A stretch of DNA of 64,000 bases, from positions 14,683 to 78,682 of the forward strand of contig CASDZI010000002.1 in assembly GCA_949285605.1 (NCBI GenBank). Reading direction: 5' to 3'. The notes beneath the pieces were generated by a model. The model made no database searches and was not told the origin of the DNA. It saw only the letters and a list, made by a program, of their open reading frames with translations. Shown here piece after piece: positions 9,245 through 18,922 of this stretch. A program made the translations under genes and the position numbers. The DNA is from an uncultured Christensenella sp. (GTDB taxonomy: Bacteria; Bacillota; Clostridia; Christensenellales; DTU072). Numbering within the stretch: position 1 is the first letter of the stretch; each line of letters begins with the position of its first letter.

Positions 9245-11170
9245 CTAAATTTTAGCTTTTTTGTTCATATGTTCCTTTCTGTACTCGCTCGGGACGAGTT
9301 CGAAAAGATAGGTCTCGGTGAGATCCTTGTCGCCTGCCGTGCTGGCTTGCCAGAGTTTTTCCAACGATTCGTTCAGGCGTACGTCGTCCACCTCGTTGAG
9401 CTTGCAAATAAAAATATCCTTATGCGAAGTCTTATCCACGTTTTCGTTGCCGTACTGCAATTCCTCGAAAAGCTTTTCCCCGGGACGGAGACCGCTGATT
9501 TTGATTTCGATATCCTTATTCGGAATAAGTCCCGACATACGGATAAGGTCGCTTGCAAGGTCGTAGATATAAACCGGCTCGCCCATATCGAGGACGAAAA
9601 CTTCTCCCCCCTTCGCTAAAGCCCCCGCCTGCAAAACCAACGTAACCGCTTCGGGTATGGTCATAAAATACCGTTTCATTTCCTTGTCGGTGACGGTGAC
9701 CGGTCCGCCTGCGTTGATTTGTTTTATGAAGGTCGGAATAACGCTTCCGCTGGAACCCAACACGTTCCCGAAACGCACCGCCGCCACCTGGGTCGTGAAA
9801 GTTTTGGAGGCGCTCTGCAAGCAGAGTTCCGCCACCCTCTTCGTCGCTCCCATAACGTTTGCCGGATTGATGGCTTTATCGGTGGATATGAGTATGAACT
9901 TCTTGACTCCGCTTGCGTTGCATTGCTCCAGCACGTTCTTGGTGCCGAAAACGTTGTTTTTGACGCTCTCGTCGGCGGAAATTTCCATCATCGGAACGTG
10001 TTTGTATGCGGCGGCGTGGAAAACCACGTCGGGACGGTAAAAGTCCATGACTTCCTTGAGTTTTCCTTTATCCCTCACCGAACCCATTTCCAAAGAATAT
10101 CTCTTGCGGTCGTGAGTCTTTTTCAGTTCTTCGTTGAATTCGAACATTCCGTTTTCGTGATGATCGAAAATAACCAGGTGTTTACACCCGTATTTCAACG
10201 CCTGACGACACAGTTCGCTGCCTATGCTTCCCGCTCCCCCCGTCACCATAATGACCTTGTTTTTTATGAATCCGTCCACGAGTTCCCGGTCCATAGTATG
10301 CTCGTCTCTGTGCAGAAGGTCCTCGATTTTTATATTCCTTATGCTAATTACGTCGGAATTGAGTTCGCTTTGAGCGTCACGGAACGCCGAGGTTATCATT
10401 ATCCTGACGTCGAACTGCTTTATGTAGTCGAATATGCTCCTCAATTCGGGTTTGGAAAGATTGGTGATGGCTATCGCTATTACGTTTGCTTTGTATTTTT
10501 CGATAACTCTTTTGATTTCGTTACGATCGCCTTCCACGGGAATATTGCTGATGAGGTTGCCTTCCTTGAGTTTGTCGTCGTCGATGATCGCCACCGGTTC
10601 GTAGCCGTCGGAAGGATTTTCCAACAACCTCTTGACGAGAGCCGCCCCGGTATATCCGGCTCCGTAAACTATGACTTTGTTGACGGGTTTCTTGACGGCG
10701 TTCTTGAAACGGAATCTGTAACGGGCTGCGATAATCAACCTTAAGGACACCCTGTAAAGCGCCGCCATAAAGAAAAACAGCATATAAGCGTTGAAGACCA
10801 AAGGATTGGGTACGTTATAGAGGTGTCCTGCGAAAGTAAAGAGTCCTCTGTATAAAAGTCCGAACGCAAGACTGCACACGCCTACCACTATCAGACGGAG
10901 AAGTTCCATGGTCCCGGCATAACGCCATACGATACGGTAAACGTTGGCAAAATACATTAAAAGTATGGTGGTTACGATACAGGGTAAAGCAAGGAGCATT
11001 GTAGCCCCGTACCCCGACGGAGAAGGCACGATATTCAGGCTGTCGAGGTAATACGCCAGACTGAACATACAGAAGAAAATGAAAATATCTATAAGCATCG
11101 GAATTGCGGTAATTCCGTGTTCTTTGAAGAAGCGTTTGATTTTCTTTTTATCGAAAGTGATTTTTTTCAT
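9245..11170 (-). CDS. Membrane-bound UDP-GlcNAc 4,6-dehydratase (CapD/PglF family)
   Basis: Four N-terminal TM segments, GGAGSIGSELCRQ, HAAAYKHVP, STDKA, MGATKR, RFGNVLGSSGSV. Confidence 0.92.
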   Translation of the reverse strand: MKKITFDKKKIKRFFKEHGITAIPMLIDIFIFFCMFSLAYYLDSLNIVPSPSGYGATMLLALPCIVTTILLMYFANVYRIVWRYAGTMELLRLIVVGVCSLAFGLLYRGLFTFAGHLYNVPNPLVFNAYMLFFFMAALYRVSLRLIIAARYRFRFKNAVKKPVNKVIVYGAGYTGAALVKRLLENPSDGYEPVAIIDDDKLKEGNLISNIPVEGDRNEIKRVIEKYKANVIAIAITNLSKPELRSIFDYIKQFDVRIMITSAFRDAQSELNSDVISIRNIKIEDLLHRDEHTMDRELVDGFIKNKVIMVTGGAGSIGSELCRQALKYGCKHLVIFDHHENGMFEFNEELKKTHDRKRYSLEMGSVRDKGKLKEVMDFYRPDVVFHAAAYKHVPMMEISADESVKNNVFGTKNVLEQCNASGVKKFILISTDKAINPANVMGATKRVAELCLQSASKTFTTQVAAVRFGNVLGSSGSVIPTFIKQINAGGPVTVTDKEMKRYFMTIPEAVTLVLQAGALAKGGEVFVLDMGEPVYIYDLASDLIRMSGLIPNKDIEIKISGLRPGEKLFEELQYGNENVDKTSHKDIFICKLNEVDDVRLNESLEKLWQASTAGDKDLTETYLFELVPSEYRKEHMNKKAKI

Positions 11171-11868
11171 TGGTAAAATATGCCCTTGTCGTCCTCTTCG
11201 GGCAGTTCCTCCATAAAGGATTTAATAGCGAAAAAAAGCTTTTCGGACGCCGAAAACAGAAATGCGTTGAAATCGGCGGGCGGATCTCCGTATTCGTCGT
11301 CGGAAATGCAACGAAGACAAAGGAATTTTTTGCCCGCTCTGAAGGCGCATTGCGCCACGGCGGCGCTCTCCATATCGCAGCAGCTTGCGCCGAAGAGGGA
11401 GACTATCCTGTCCTTGACCGTCTTGTCCGCCACGAATTGTTCTCCGCAGGCGACGGTCCCTTTCTTTGCGCCGCAGGACTTTTGCAGTAAAGAAGACAGC
11501 CCCTTGTCGCAGGGGAAGAATATTTTTTCCACGGTGCTGACGAAACCCACGGGATCGCCCAACGGAGAAGTGTCCACGTCGTGCTGAACGGCGTTTTCCG
11601 CAGCCACCAGGTCGAGGATCCGAACGTCTTTGCCCAGTCCTCCGCTGACGCCGACGCTGACGATGGTATCGGGGTTATAACGGGAGATAAGCAGCGTCGT
11701 TCCGAAAGACGCGTTGACTTTCCCTATTCCGCAAAGGGCGATAACGGACCTCCGTCCGTTGAAGGAAACTTTATAAAAATCCACTCCGTAAAGCGTTTCT
11801 TTATCGATCACGTTTTCCGAAAGGAAGGGTTCGGCTTCCTGTTTCATGGCTATCACTATGCCGATCAT
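11167..11868 (-). CDS. mtnN: 5'-methylthioadenosine/S-adenosylhomocysteine nucleosidase
   Basis: MIGIVIAM start, GIGKVNA, DMESAA, RCISD. Confidence 0.88.
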   Translation of the reverse strand: MIGIVIAMKQEAEPFLSENVIDKETLYGVDFYKVSFNGRRSVIALCGIGKVNASFGTTLLISRYNPDTIVSVGVSGGLGKDVRILDLVAAENAVQHDVDTSPLGDPVGFVSTVEKIFFPCDKGLSSLLQKSCGAKKGTVACGEQFVADKTVKDRIVSLFGASCCDMESAAVAQCAFRAGKKFLCLRCISDDEYGDPPADFNAFLFSASEKLFFAIKSFMEELPEEDDKGIFYQ

Positions 11869-11980
11869 ATTCGTTTTTTCCCTAAAATTATATTTAATAA
11901 ATTTTATCACGATATAATTATTAAGTCAACAACATTCCTTTCACGCCGCTGTCGTCTGTCGATTTTTGAACAAAATCATT

Positions 11981-12005
11981 AAAAAAGCCGCACTTTCGTG
12001 CGGCT
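11981..12005 (-). terminator. Intrinsic terminator after htpG
   Basis: AGCCGCAC...GTGCGGCT stem with U tract on the minus strand. Confidence 0.75.
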
Positions 12006-12035
12006 CTATTGGTTGACGTCCCTTGCCTTTTTTTC

Positions 12036-13886
12036 TCAACCTATCAGTTTGCAGACGAGATCGGCAAGACGGGTGGGGTTGTCCACGGCGACGCCTTCGA
12101 TTAAAAGTGCCTGGTCGTACAAAACTTCGGCGAGCATTTTCAGCCTGTCTTTGTCCTCGGCGTAAAGCTTCTTTACCGTTTCGAAAACCGGGTGCGACGC
12201 ATTGATCTCCAACACCTTTTCGGCTTTTATTTTGTCCTTGGGAGCGTTGGGCATACTGTTGATCACCTTTTCCATTTCGATGGTAAGCTCCCCTTCGCTG
12301 GTCAGGCAGACGGGATGAGTCTTCAGACGGGAGGAAAGTTTCACCTTGCCTACCTTCCCCTCCAACGCTTCTTTCAGAAAATCGGTTACCTCTTTGTCTT
12401 CCGCACTCTCTTCCACGCCGTCGTCTATCCCGATATCCTCCGACGCCACCGAACGGAATTCCTTTTCCTTGTAATTGAGCATGATCCTTATGGCAAATTC
12501 GTCGATACTGTCGGTCATACACAGCACGTCGAAGCCTTCCTCGGTCACCTTTTCGCACTGCGGCAAAGTCTTTATGCTCTCTGCCGACGCACCGGTGGAA
12601 TAATAAATGTATTTCTGATTTTCCGGCATTTCGGCTACATACTCGCCAAGCGTGACGAATTTATCCTTTTTCAGAGAGCGGAACAGCACCAGATCCTGAA
12701 GTTTATCCTTGTCGGCGCCCCAGTTGTCGTAGATACCGTACTTCAACTGCAATCCGAAAGCGGAGAAGAACTTTTCGTATTTTTCCCTGTCGTTTTCCAG
12801 AAGGTTGGTAAGTTCGCTTCTTATTTTCTTTTCGATATTCTGAGCGATGAGTTTGAGCTGGCGGTCGTACTGCACCGTTTCACGGGAGATGTTCAGAGTA
12901 AGCTCGCTGTCCACCAATCCCTTAACGAAACTGAAGTAGTCGGGCAGAAGATCCTTGCAAAGGTCGGTTATAAGCACGCCGTTGGTGTAAAGACGAAGCC
13001 CTTTTTCGAAACTTTTGGAGTAATAATTGTATTGCGGATGCGAGGGAATAAACAATAACGCCTTGTACTCGACGGCGCCCTCCGCCGAAGCGTGCACGGT
13101 GAGAAGCGGCTCCTCGGAATCGTAAAACGTATCCTTGTAAAAACGGTCGTACTCTTCCTTGGTCACTTCCTTCTTGTTCTTTTTCCACAAAGGCACCATG
13201 GAGTTGAGGGTTTCGGTCTCCTTGTATTCCTCTTCCTTGCCGTCCTCGGTGCGGTAACGGGTCGCTTCCATTCTTATCGGATAGCGGATATAATCGGAAT
13301 ATTTCTTAACGAGCTCCCTTATCTCGTACTCCTCGACGTACTTGCCGTATTTTTCCTCCTCGGTGTCGTCTTTGAGGTAAACGGTGACCACGGTGCCGTG
13401 CCCGTCCTTTTCCGCTTTCTTTACGTCGTAGCCAGCCGTACCCTCGGAAACCCATAAATTCGCTTCCTCGCTGCCGTAGGCTTTGCTTAAAACTTCCACC
13501 TTCTTCGCTACCATAAAGGCGGAATAAAACCCTACCCCGAACTGCCCAATGATGCTGACGTCCTCGTTCGGCTCGTTCTCCTTCTTGAAATCCAGCGAGC
13601 CGCTCCGCGCGATAACGCCTAAATTGTTCTCCAGTTCCTCCGCGGTCATTCCTATGCCGTTGTCTGCGATTTTCAGGATACGGTTTTCCTTGTCCAACGT
13701 GATGTCGATGGCGAAATCCTCTCTGTTTAGTCCGCTTATTCCTCCCGTCAGACTCTTGTAATACAGCTTGTCTATAGCGTCGGAACAGTTGCTCAACAGC
13801 TCTCTTATGAATATTTCCTTGTGAGTGTATATGGAATTTATCATTAAATCCAATACCCTCTGCGATTCTGTCTTGAATTTTTTCAT
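12036..13886 (-). CDS. htpG: Hsp90 chaperone HtpG
   Basis: IFIRELLSN, DNGIGMT, IGQFGVGFYS, NISRE. Confidence 0.97.
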   Translation of the reverse strand: MKKFKTESQRVLDLMINSIYTHKEIFIRELLSNCSDAIDKLYYKSLTGGISGLNREDFAIDITLDKENRILKIADNGIGMTAEELENNLGVIARSGSLDFKKENEPNEDVSIIGQFGVGFYSAFMVAKKVEVLSKAYGSEEANLWVSEGTAGYDVKKAEKDGHGTVVTVYLKDDTEEEKYGKYVEEYEIRELVKKYSDYIRYPIRMEATRYRTEDGKEEEYKETETLNSMVPLWKKNKKEVTKEEYDRFYKDTFYDSEEPLLTVHASAEGAVEYKALLFIPSHPQYNYYSKSFEKGLRLYTNGVLITDLCKDLLPDYFSFVKGLVDSELTLNISRETVQYDRQLKLIAQNIEKKIRSELTNLLENDREKYEKFFSAFGLQLKYGIYDNWGADKDKLQDLVLFRSLKKDKFVTLGEYVAEMPENQKYIYYSTGASAESIKTLPQCEKVTEEGFDVLCMTDSIDEFAIRIMLNYKEKEFRSVASEDIGIDDGVEESAEDKEVTDFLKEALEGKVGKVKLSSRLKTHPVCLTSEGELTIEMEKVINSMPNAPKDKIKAEKVLEINASHPVFETVKKLYAEDKDRLKMLAEVLYDQALLIEGVAVDNPTRLADLVCKLIG

Positions 13887-13914
13887 ACCGGATAACCTCC
13901 CGTTCGTTTTTTTG

Positions 13915-13941
13915 TTAGCACTCTCCCCTTTCGAGTGCTAA
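13915..13941. promoter_or_regulatory. CIRCE element (HrcA operator) upstream of htpG
   Basis: Exact TTAGCACTC-N9-GAGTGCTAA. Confidence 0.95.
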
Positions 13942-14091
13942 ACATATTATAATCCCGCCGCAGTCGCTTTGCAAGTGTTTTTATATAATTTTTGACGCAA
14001 ATTTTCCACCTATACCGCAAAAGCGGAAAAAGACAATTTTGCAAAAAGAAAAAATGTTTTAGACCTTTCGATAAGACATAGACTAATAAAT

Positions 14092-14901
14092 ATGAAAAAG
14101 AAAGGGGTAGCGTTGCTGGCGATCGTTTTACTTGCGTTTTCGGCGTTGACTATAGGGATAGGTCTGTGGACGTCGAGGAAAATCGAAACGGAGCTCTATG
14201 AAGAGACCCTGAACCTTTCCTCACCGATAAGGGTCTGTCAGATTTCCGATTTGCATTATCCTTATAACGGCGCAGACCTCGACAAGTTGTCGGAGGAGAT
14301 TACGGATATTTCTCCAGACCTCGTTTTTCTTACCGGGGATATCTTCGACGGGAAAGCCCGCAAAGAGGAGATGAGCGGACTTTACTCCTTCCTCTCCGCC
14401 CTTTCTTCGGTAAGTCCGGTCTACGCCGTGATAGGCAACCACGAAATAGGCAGTCCTCTGCTCGATGAATACGTCGATTTCTGCCGAAACGACGGGATCG
14501 AGCTTCTCCTCGACGAAACCGCCCTTTTCCGCAAAGGAACCACTACGGTCAAAATAACCGGTCTTAAGGACGGGAAACTGCTGAACAAAACCAACGTGCC
14601 CGATTATTTTAGCGAAAAAAAAGCCTCGCTTAATTTCGTTCTCGCACACAGACCCGAACTTTTCGACAGTTACGTTTCCGCAAATGCAGGCTACGTTTTC
14701 GCAGGTCACGCCCACGGCGGTCAAATGCGTTTTTTCAAAAAAGGCATATATGCTCCCGACCAGGGACTCTTCCCCTCCTACACTTCGGGCAGATATTCCG
14801 CCGACACTTCCGTAATGTTTGTAAGTCGTGGTTTGGGTGACGGATACTCGTCTTTCAGGTGCTTTAACCCATATCATCTGATAGTGGTAGATTTTGTGTA
14901 A
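14092..14901 (+). CDS. Metallophosphoesterase (YkuE-like) with N-terminal anchor
   Basis: SDLH, TGD, GNHE, AHRP, GHAHGGQ, SRGLG. Confidence 0.88.
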   Translation: MKKKGVALLAIVLLAFSALTIGIGLWTSRKIETELYEETLNLSSPIRVCQISDLHYPYNGADLDKLSEEITDISPDLVFLTGDIFDGKARKEEMSGLYSFLSALSSVSPVYAVIGNHEIGSPLLDEYVDFCRNDGIELLLDETALFRKGTTTVKITGLKDGKLLNKTNVPDYFSEKKASLNFVLAHRPELFDSYVSANAGYVFAGHAHGGQMRFFKKGIYAPDQGLFPSYTSGRYSADTSVMFVSRGLGDGYSSFRCFNPYHLIVVDFV

Positions 14902-15141
14902 GAGCTCGTTCTCCATCCTTTGAGTCCGCTTTTCTTGCCTTCGTTTTTTCAAAAAACAACGTCGTTTTTTGCTATACCGTTTTATCCTGTTTTATTTGAA
15001 TTTCCTTTTTTTCCCAAACGAAGTAATAGCTCGTTTTCGAGGAAAACACCCCCCTTTTTCGCAACGTGTCCCGGACGCCCTTTTTTCTGTTTTTCCCGCC
15101 TTGTCGGGGCGTCTTATTCGGTTAATATATATTTAATATAT

Positions 15142-15171
15142 TTGACACGCTGCGCGCTGAGGGTTTATAAT
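15142..15171 (+). promoter_or_regulatory. Sigma-A promoter of ileS (no T-box leader)
   Basis: TTGACA-18-TATAAT about 35 nt before the ATG. Confidence 0.7.
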
Positions 15172-15205
15172 GGATTGATTTTAATTGAAAACACGGAGGC
15201 ATACG

Positions 15206-18200
15206 ATGCGTAAAGAAAATCCCTCTCCCGATTTCATCGCTCTCGAAAAAGAGATTCTTTCTTTCTGGGAGAAGAACGAATGCTTCGCCAAACTGGTGGA
15301 AAAGAACAAAAACGGCGAAAGATTCCGTTTCCTCGACGGGCCCATTACCGCCAATAACCCTATGGGTATTCACCACGCCTGGGGCAGAACGCTCAAAGAC
15401 GCCAATATCAAATACAATTCCATGCACGGCAAGAGCTGCCAGTTCCAGAACGGTTTCGACTCACAGGGTCTTTGGGTGGAAGTGGAGACCGAAAAGGAAC
15501 TCGGGCTGAAAGACAAACGCAGCATTCTCGAATACGGTATGGATAATTTTACCGAAAAATGTATGGACAGGGTACGGAAGTTTTCGGCGATCATCACCGA
15601 ACAGAGCAAACGTCTCGGTCAATGGATGGACTGGGATCACAGCTATTTCACCAATACCGACCTCAACATCACCTCTATCTGGCACTTTTTGAAAGTCTGC
15701 CACGAGAAAGGATATCTGGTCAAAAGCCACCGCCCCATGCCCTGGTGTCCCCGTTGCGGCACCTCGCTTTCCGAACACGAAATGAGCGGAAGCTATAAGG
15801 ACGTCACCCACATTTCCATTTACGCAAAACTGCCCTTAAAGGATTCCGACGACAGTATCCTGGTCTGGACCACCACTCCGTGGACGCTGACCAGCAACGT
15901 AGCCCTCGCCGTCAATCCCGAAATAGATTACCTCAGAGTTAAAGTAAAAAGCGACGAAAGGACTCTCATCGTCGGAAAGAAAGCTCTTTCCAAATTAAAA
16001 GGCGACATCGTCACCGTTCTCGACGAATTCAAGGGAAGCGAGCTGGTCGGGAAGGAATACACCACCGTTTTCCCGGAATTCGAGGTTCAGAAATTCCCGC
16101 ACTTCATAGTTCCGTGGGAAGACGTGGACGCCGAAGAAGGAACGGGCGTGGTGCACATCGCTCCGGGTTGCGGCGCAGAGGACTTCGACCTCGGCAAAAG
16201 GCATAACCTTAAACAAATCTGTCCTATCGACGACAGCGGCATCATTCTTCCGGGGTTCGGCGCCCTCTCCGGTATGCAGACTTCCGAAGTTTTAGACACC
16301 GTCGTTGCGGATATGACGGCAAAGAACGTGCTTTACAAGACCGAACCCGTAACTCACAGTTATCCGCATTGCTGGCGTTGCAAGACGCAGGTGGTGTTCA
16401 AACTGGTGGACGAATGGAGTATAGCCACCGAAAAACTCAAGCCTTTACTGCTCGCCGCCGCCGACACCGTCAAATGGGAACCGGAATTTGCCGGCAAACG
16501 TATGAAAGACTGGCTGACCAATATGGGCGACTGGAATATTTCCCGTAAGCGTTTCTACGGACTGCCGCTTCCCTTCTATCCCTGTCCGCATTGCGGTCAT
16601 CTCACAGTGGTGGGAAGCAAGGAAGAACTTATCGAACTCAGCGAAAACAAATCCCTCGAGGGCGTGCCTCATCTGCACCGTCCCTATATAGACAAAATAA
16701 GAATCATCTGCCCGAAGTGCGGCAAGCCCGTGGAGAGAGTTCCCGAAGTCGGGGACTGCTGGCTGGACGCCGGCATAACGCCTTTCAGCACCAAGAAGTA
16801 TTTCGAGGACAAGGAATATTTCCAAAAGAACTTCCCCAGCGAACTGGTCATCGAAATGAAAGAACAGATCCGCCTGTGGTTCTATTCCCTGCTTTTTATG
16901 AGCGTGGTGCTTACCGGCAAAGCTCCCTATGAACAGGTAGTCGCCCACTCTTCTGTGGTCAACGAAGACGGCGGAAAGTTCTCCAAGACGGGCAATATGA
17001 TCCGTTTCGACGAAGCCGCCGAAAAAATGGGCGCCGATCCCGTCAGATACCTCTTCTGTTCGGCTCCCGTAGCCGGCGACGTCCGTTTCGGGTACAATCT
17101 TACCGACGAAGCGAGAAGAAAAATACTTTCCTTCTGGAACGTATACGTTTTCTTCAACCTCTACGCCTGCCTGGATAACCCCGACATAGCGCATTTCACG
17201 CCCGACGAAAGCACCCTCACCCATTCCGACAAATGGCTGCTCGCCCGTACCGAACAGTTCCTGAACGCCGCCGACGCAGGTATGAAAGCTTACCGCACCG
17301 CCGCGGTTATAAAGGAATTTGAAAGTTTCACCGACGACGTCAGCAACTGGTATATCCGTATCAACCGTAAGCGTTTCTGGAAGTCCACCGACAAGAACGA
17401 TCAGATGAACGCCTACAAATGTCTTTACGGAGCCATCAAGACGGTTTTGGGCGTTATGGCGCCGATAATTCCCTTCCTGACCGATTACATCTGGCAGAAC
17501 ACGGTAAGGTGTATCGAACCCGACGAAGCCATAAGCGTACACCTGTCCGACTACCCCGTCCTGAAAGGCGTAAACTACGGCGACGTGCTTGCCGAAACCG
17601 AAGCGGCGAGAGAGATCATAACCGTGGCGCAGAGAATGCGTAACGAAGCGCAGCTGAAAATAAAACAGCCCCTGCGTACCCTTTACGTGGTCTGCGACGA
17701 AACCTTCCGCTCCAAAGTGGAAGCCTTGGAAAACGTCATAAAAGACGAACTTAACGTGAAAGAAATACGTTTTTCTTCCGACGAAAGCGATTTCAACGAA
17801 AGATACTACACCGTCAATTTCCGTGTAGCGGGCGCAAAACTCAAAAAAGAAGCGCAGAACCTCAAAACCATCGTGGAGGGACTGGACAAAGAAGGTATGC
17901 GTAAGCTGGACGAAAGCTATCTTTCCGGCACCATAAATCTCGGGCCTTTCGAAGGTCTGACCTGCGACGTGTTCGACGTTCACACCCGTCCGAAGGAAGG
18001 ATTCGTTGTGTCCGCCGAAAACGGCTTTACCCTCGCCCTCGACACCGTGCTGGACGCCGCTCTCGTAAGAGAAGGTTTCATAAGGGAGACCATTCGTCAG
18101 ATACAGGTATTGCGGAAGGAAGCGGATTTTGCGGTGGAACAGCGTATCAAAGCCGAAATAAAGACTTTCGACGACGAAGCGGCTCTTGCCGTAAGCGAAT

Positions 18201-18325
18201 ACGCCGACAGGATAAAAACCGATATCCTCTGCACCGAGCTCACCGTAATAAGCGACCCCGCCGTGGAAAAGGAGATCGCCGTCGGTCAAAGCAAGCTCGT
18301 CATAAAACTGAAACTCGATAAATAA
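15206..18325 (+). CDS. ileS: Isoleucine--tRNA ligase, type 2
   Basis: DGPITAN, WTTTPWTL, GTGVVHIAP, YPHCWRC, DWNISR, long IleRS2-type C-terminus; GGAGG RBS before ATG 15206. Confidence 0.93.
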   Translation: MRKENPSPDFIALEKEILSFWEKNECFAKLVEKNKNGERFRFLDGPITANNPMGIHHAWGRTLKDANIKYNSMHGKSCQFQNGFDSQGLWVEVETEKELGLKDKRSILEYGMDNFTEKCMDRVRKFSAIITEQSKRLGQWMDWDHSYFTNTDLNITSIWHFLKVCHEKGYLVKSHRPMPWCPRCGTSLSEHEMSGSYKDVTHISIYAKLPLKDSDDSILVWTTTPWTLTSNVALAVNPEIDYLRVKVKSDERTLIVGKKALSKLKGDIVTVLDEFKGSELVGKEYTTVFPEFEVQKFPHFIVPWEDVDAEEGTGVVHIAPGCGAEDFDLGKRHNLKQICPIDDSGIILPGFGALSGMQTSEVLDTVVADMTAKNVLYKTEPVTHSYPHCWRCKTQVVFKLVDEWSIATEKLKPLLLAAADTVKWEPEFAGKRMKDWLTNMGDWNISRKRFYGLPLPFYPCPHCGHLTVVGSKEELIELSENKSLEGVPHLHRPYIDKIRIICPKCGKPVERVPEVGDCWLDAGITPFSTKKYFEDKEYFQKNFPSELVIEMKEQIRLWFYSLLFMSVVLTGKAPYEQVVAHSSVVNEDGGKFSKTGNMIRFDEAAEKMGADPVRYLFCSAPVAGDVRFGYNLTDEARRKILSFWNVYVFFNLYACLDNPDIAHFTPDESTLTHSDKWLLARTEQFLNAADAGMKAYRTAAVIKEFESFTDDVSNWYIRINRKRFWKSTDKNDQMNAYKCLYGAIKTVLGVMAPIIPFLTDYIWQNTVRCIEPDEAISVHLSDYPVLKGVNYGDVLAETEAAREIITVAQRMRNEAQLKIKQPLRTLYVVCDETFRSKVEALENVIKDELNVKEIRFSSDESDFNERYYTVNFRVAGAKLKKEAQNLKTIVEGLDKEGMRKLDESYLSGTINLGPFEGLTCDVFDVHTRPKEGFVVSAENGFTLALDTVLDAALVREGFIRETIRQIQVLRKEADFAVEQRIKAEIKTFDDEAALAVSEYADRIKTDILCTELTVISDPAVEKEIAVGQSKLVIKLKLDK

Positions 18326-18349
18326 TTTCCGTATAAAAAGGAGGTATTT

Positions 18350-18799
18350 ATGCTCAAAGACGAAATTAGAAGCGCTTTCAACAACGCCCGTAAAAGCGGC
18401 GACCACGTTACCAAAGACGCGCTTGAAGCGGTCATTGCCGGTATTTTACAAAAGGAAAAAACCGAAGTCGGAAAGGTACTTACCGACGGAGAGGTCATAG
18501 AATGTATCTCCAAGGAACTGAAAGTTCAGAGAGAAGTAGTTTCTTTCTCCGCCGAAAAAATGCCCGAAAAAGCCGCAGAAAGCGAAGCGAAAATAAAGAT
18601 CCTCACTTCCTTCCTGCCCAAACAGCTCACCGAAGAAGAGGTACTTAAGATAATAGCCGAAGCCGACGTCTATTCCGACGCTTCTCCCAAGACCAAGGGT
18701 ATGATAATAAAATCCGTAATGCCCCAAATTAACGGCAAATTCGATAAATCCAAAGTCAATCCCCTCGTGGAAAAATACCTCGCCGAAAAATATAATTGA
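18350..18799 (+). CDS. GatB/YqeY domain protein
   Basis: ILTSFLPKQLTEEE motif, ~150 aa. Confidence 0.85.
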   Translation: MLKDEIRSAFNNARKSGDHVTKDALEAVIAGILQKEKTEVGKVLTDGEVIECISKELKVQREVVSFSAEKMPEKAAESEAKIKILTSFLPKQLTEEEVLKIIAEADVYSDASPKTKGMIIKSVMPQINGKFDKSKVNPLVEKYLAEKYN

Positions 18800-18803
18800 C
18801 CCC

Positions 18804-18831
18804 GAGCGGACGGCACCCCGTCCGCTTTTTT
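18804..18831 (+). terminator. Intrinsic terminator
   Basis: GAGCGGACGG...CCGTCCGCTT plus T tract. Confidence 0.8.
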
Positions 18832-18847
18832 CGGTAAAAGCAAAACC

Positions 18848-18891
18848 ACTTTAGTAATTTAGTTGACTAAATCACTAAAGTATATTACAAT
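18848..18891 (+). promoter_or_regulatory. his operon promoter overlapped by a palindromic operator (HisR/YerC TrpR-like type)
   Basis: ACTTTAGTAATTTAGT-TG-ACTAAATCACTAAAGT (18848-18881) over TTGACT(18863)-17-TACAAT(18886). Confidence 0.75.
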
Positions 18892-18922
18892 CGTAAGTAC
18901 ATTTCTCTGAAAGGAGGCGGAT

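Noticed and set aside
14902-15140. T-box leader upstream of ileS
   Set aside because: No AAGGTGGTACCGCG-type T-box sequence, and a good promoter lies downstream of this region just before the gene.
16445-18406. 653-aa antisense ORF opposite ileS (similar ones at 59080-61158, 39478-40986, 26682-27944)
   Set aside because: These are shadow ORFs opposite well-supported genes, expected from codon bias; they show no recognisable motifs.
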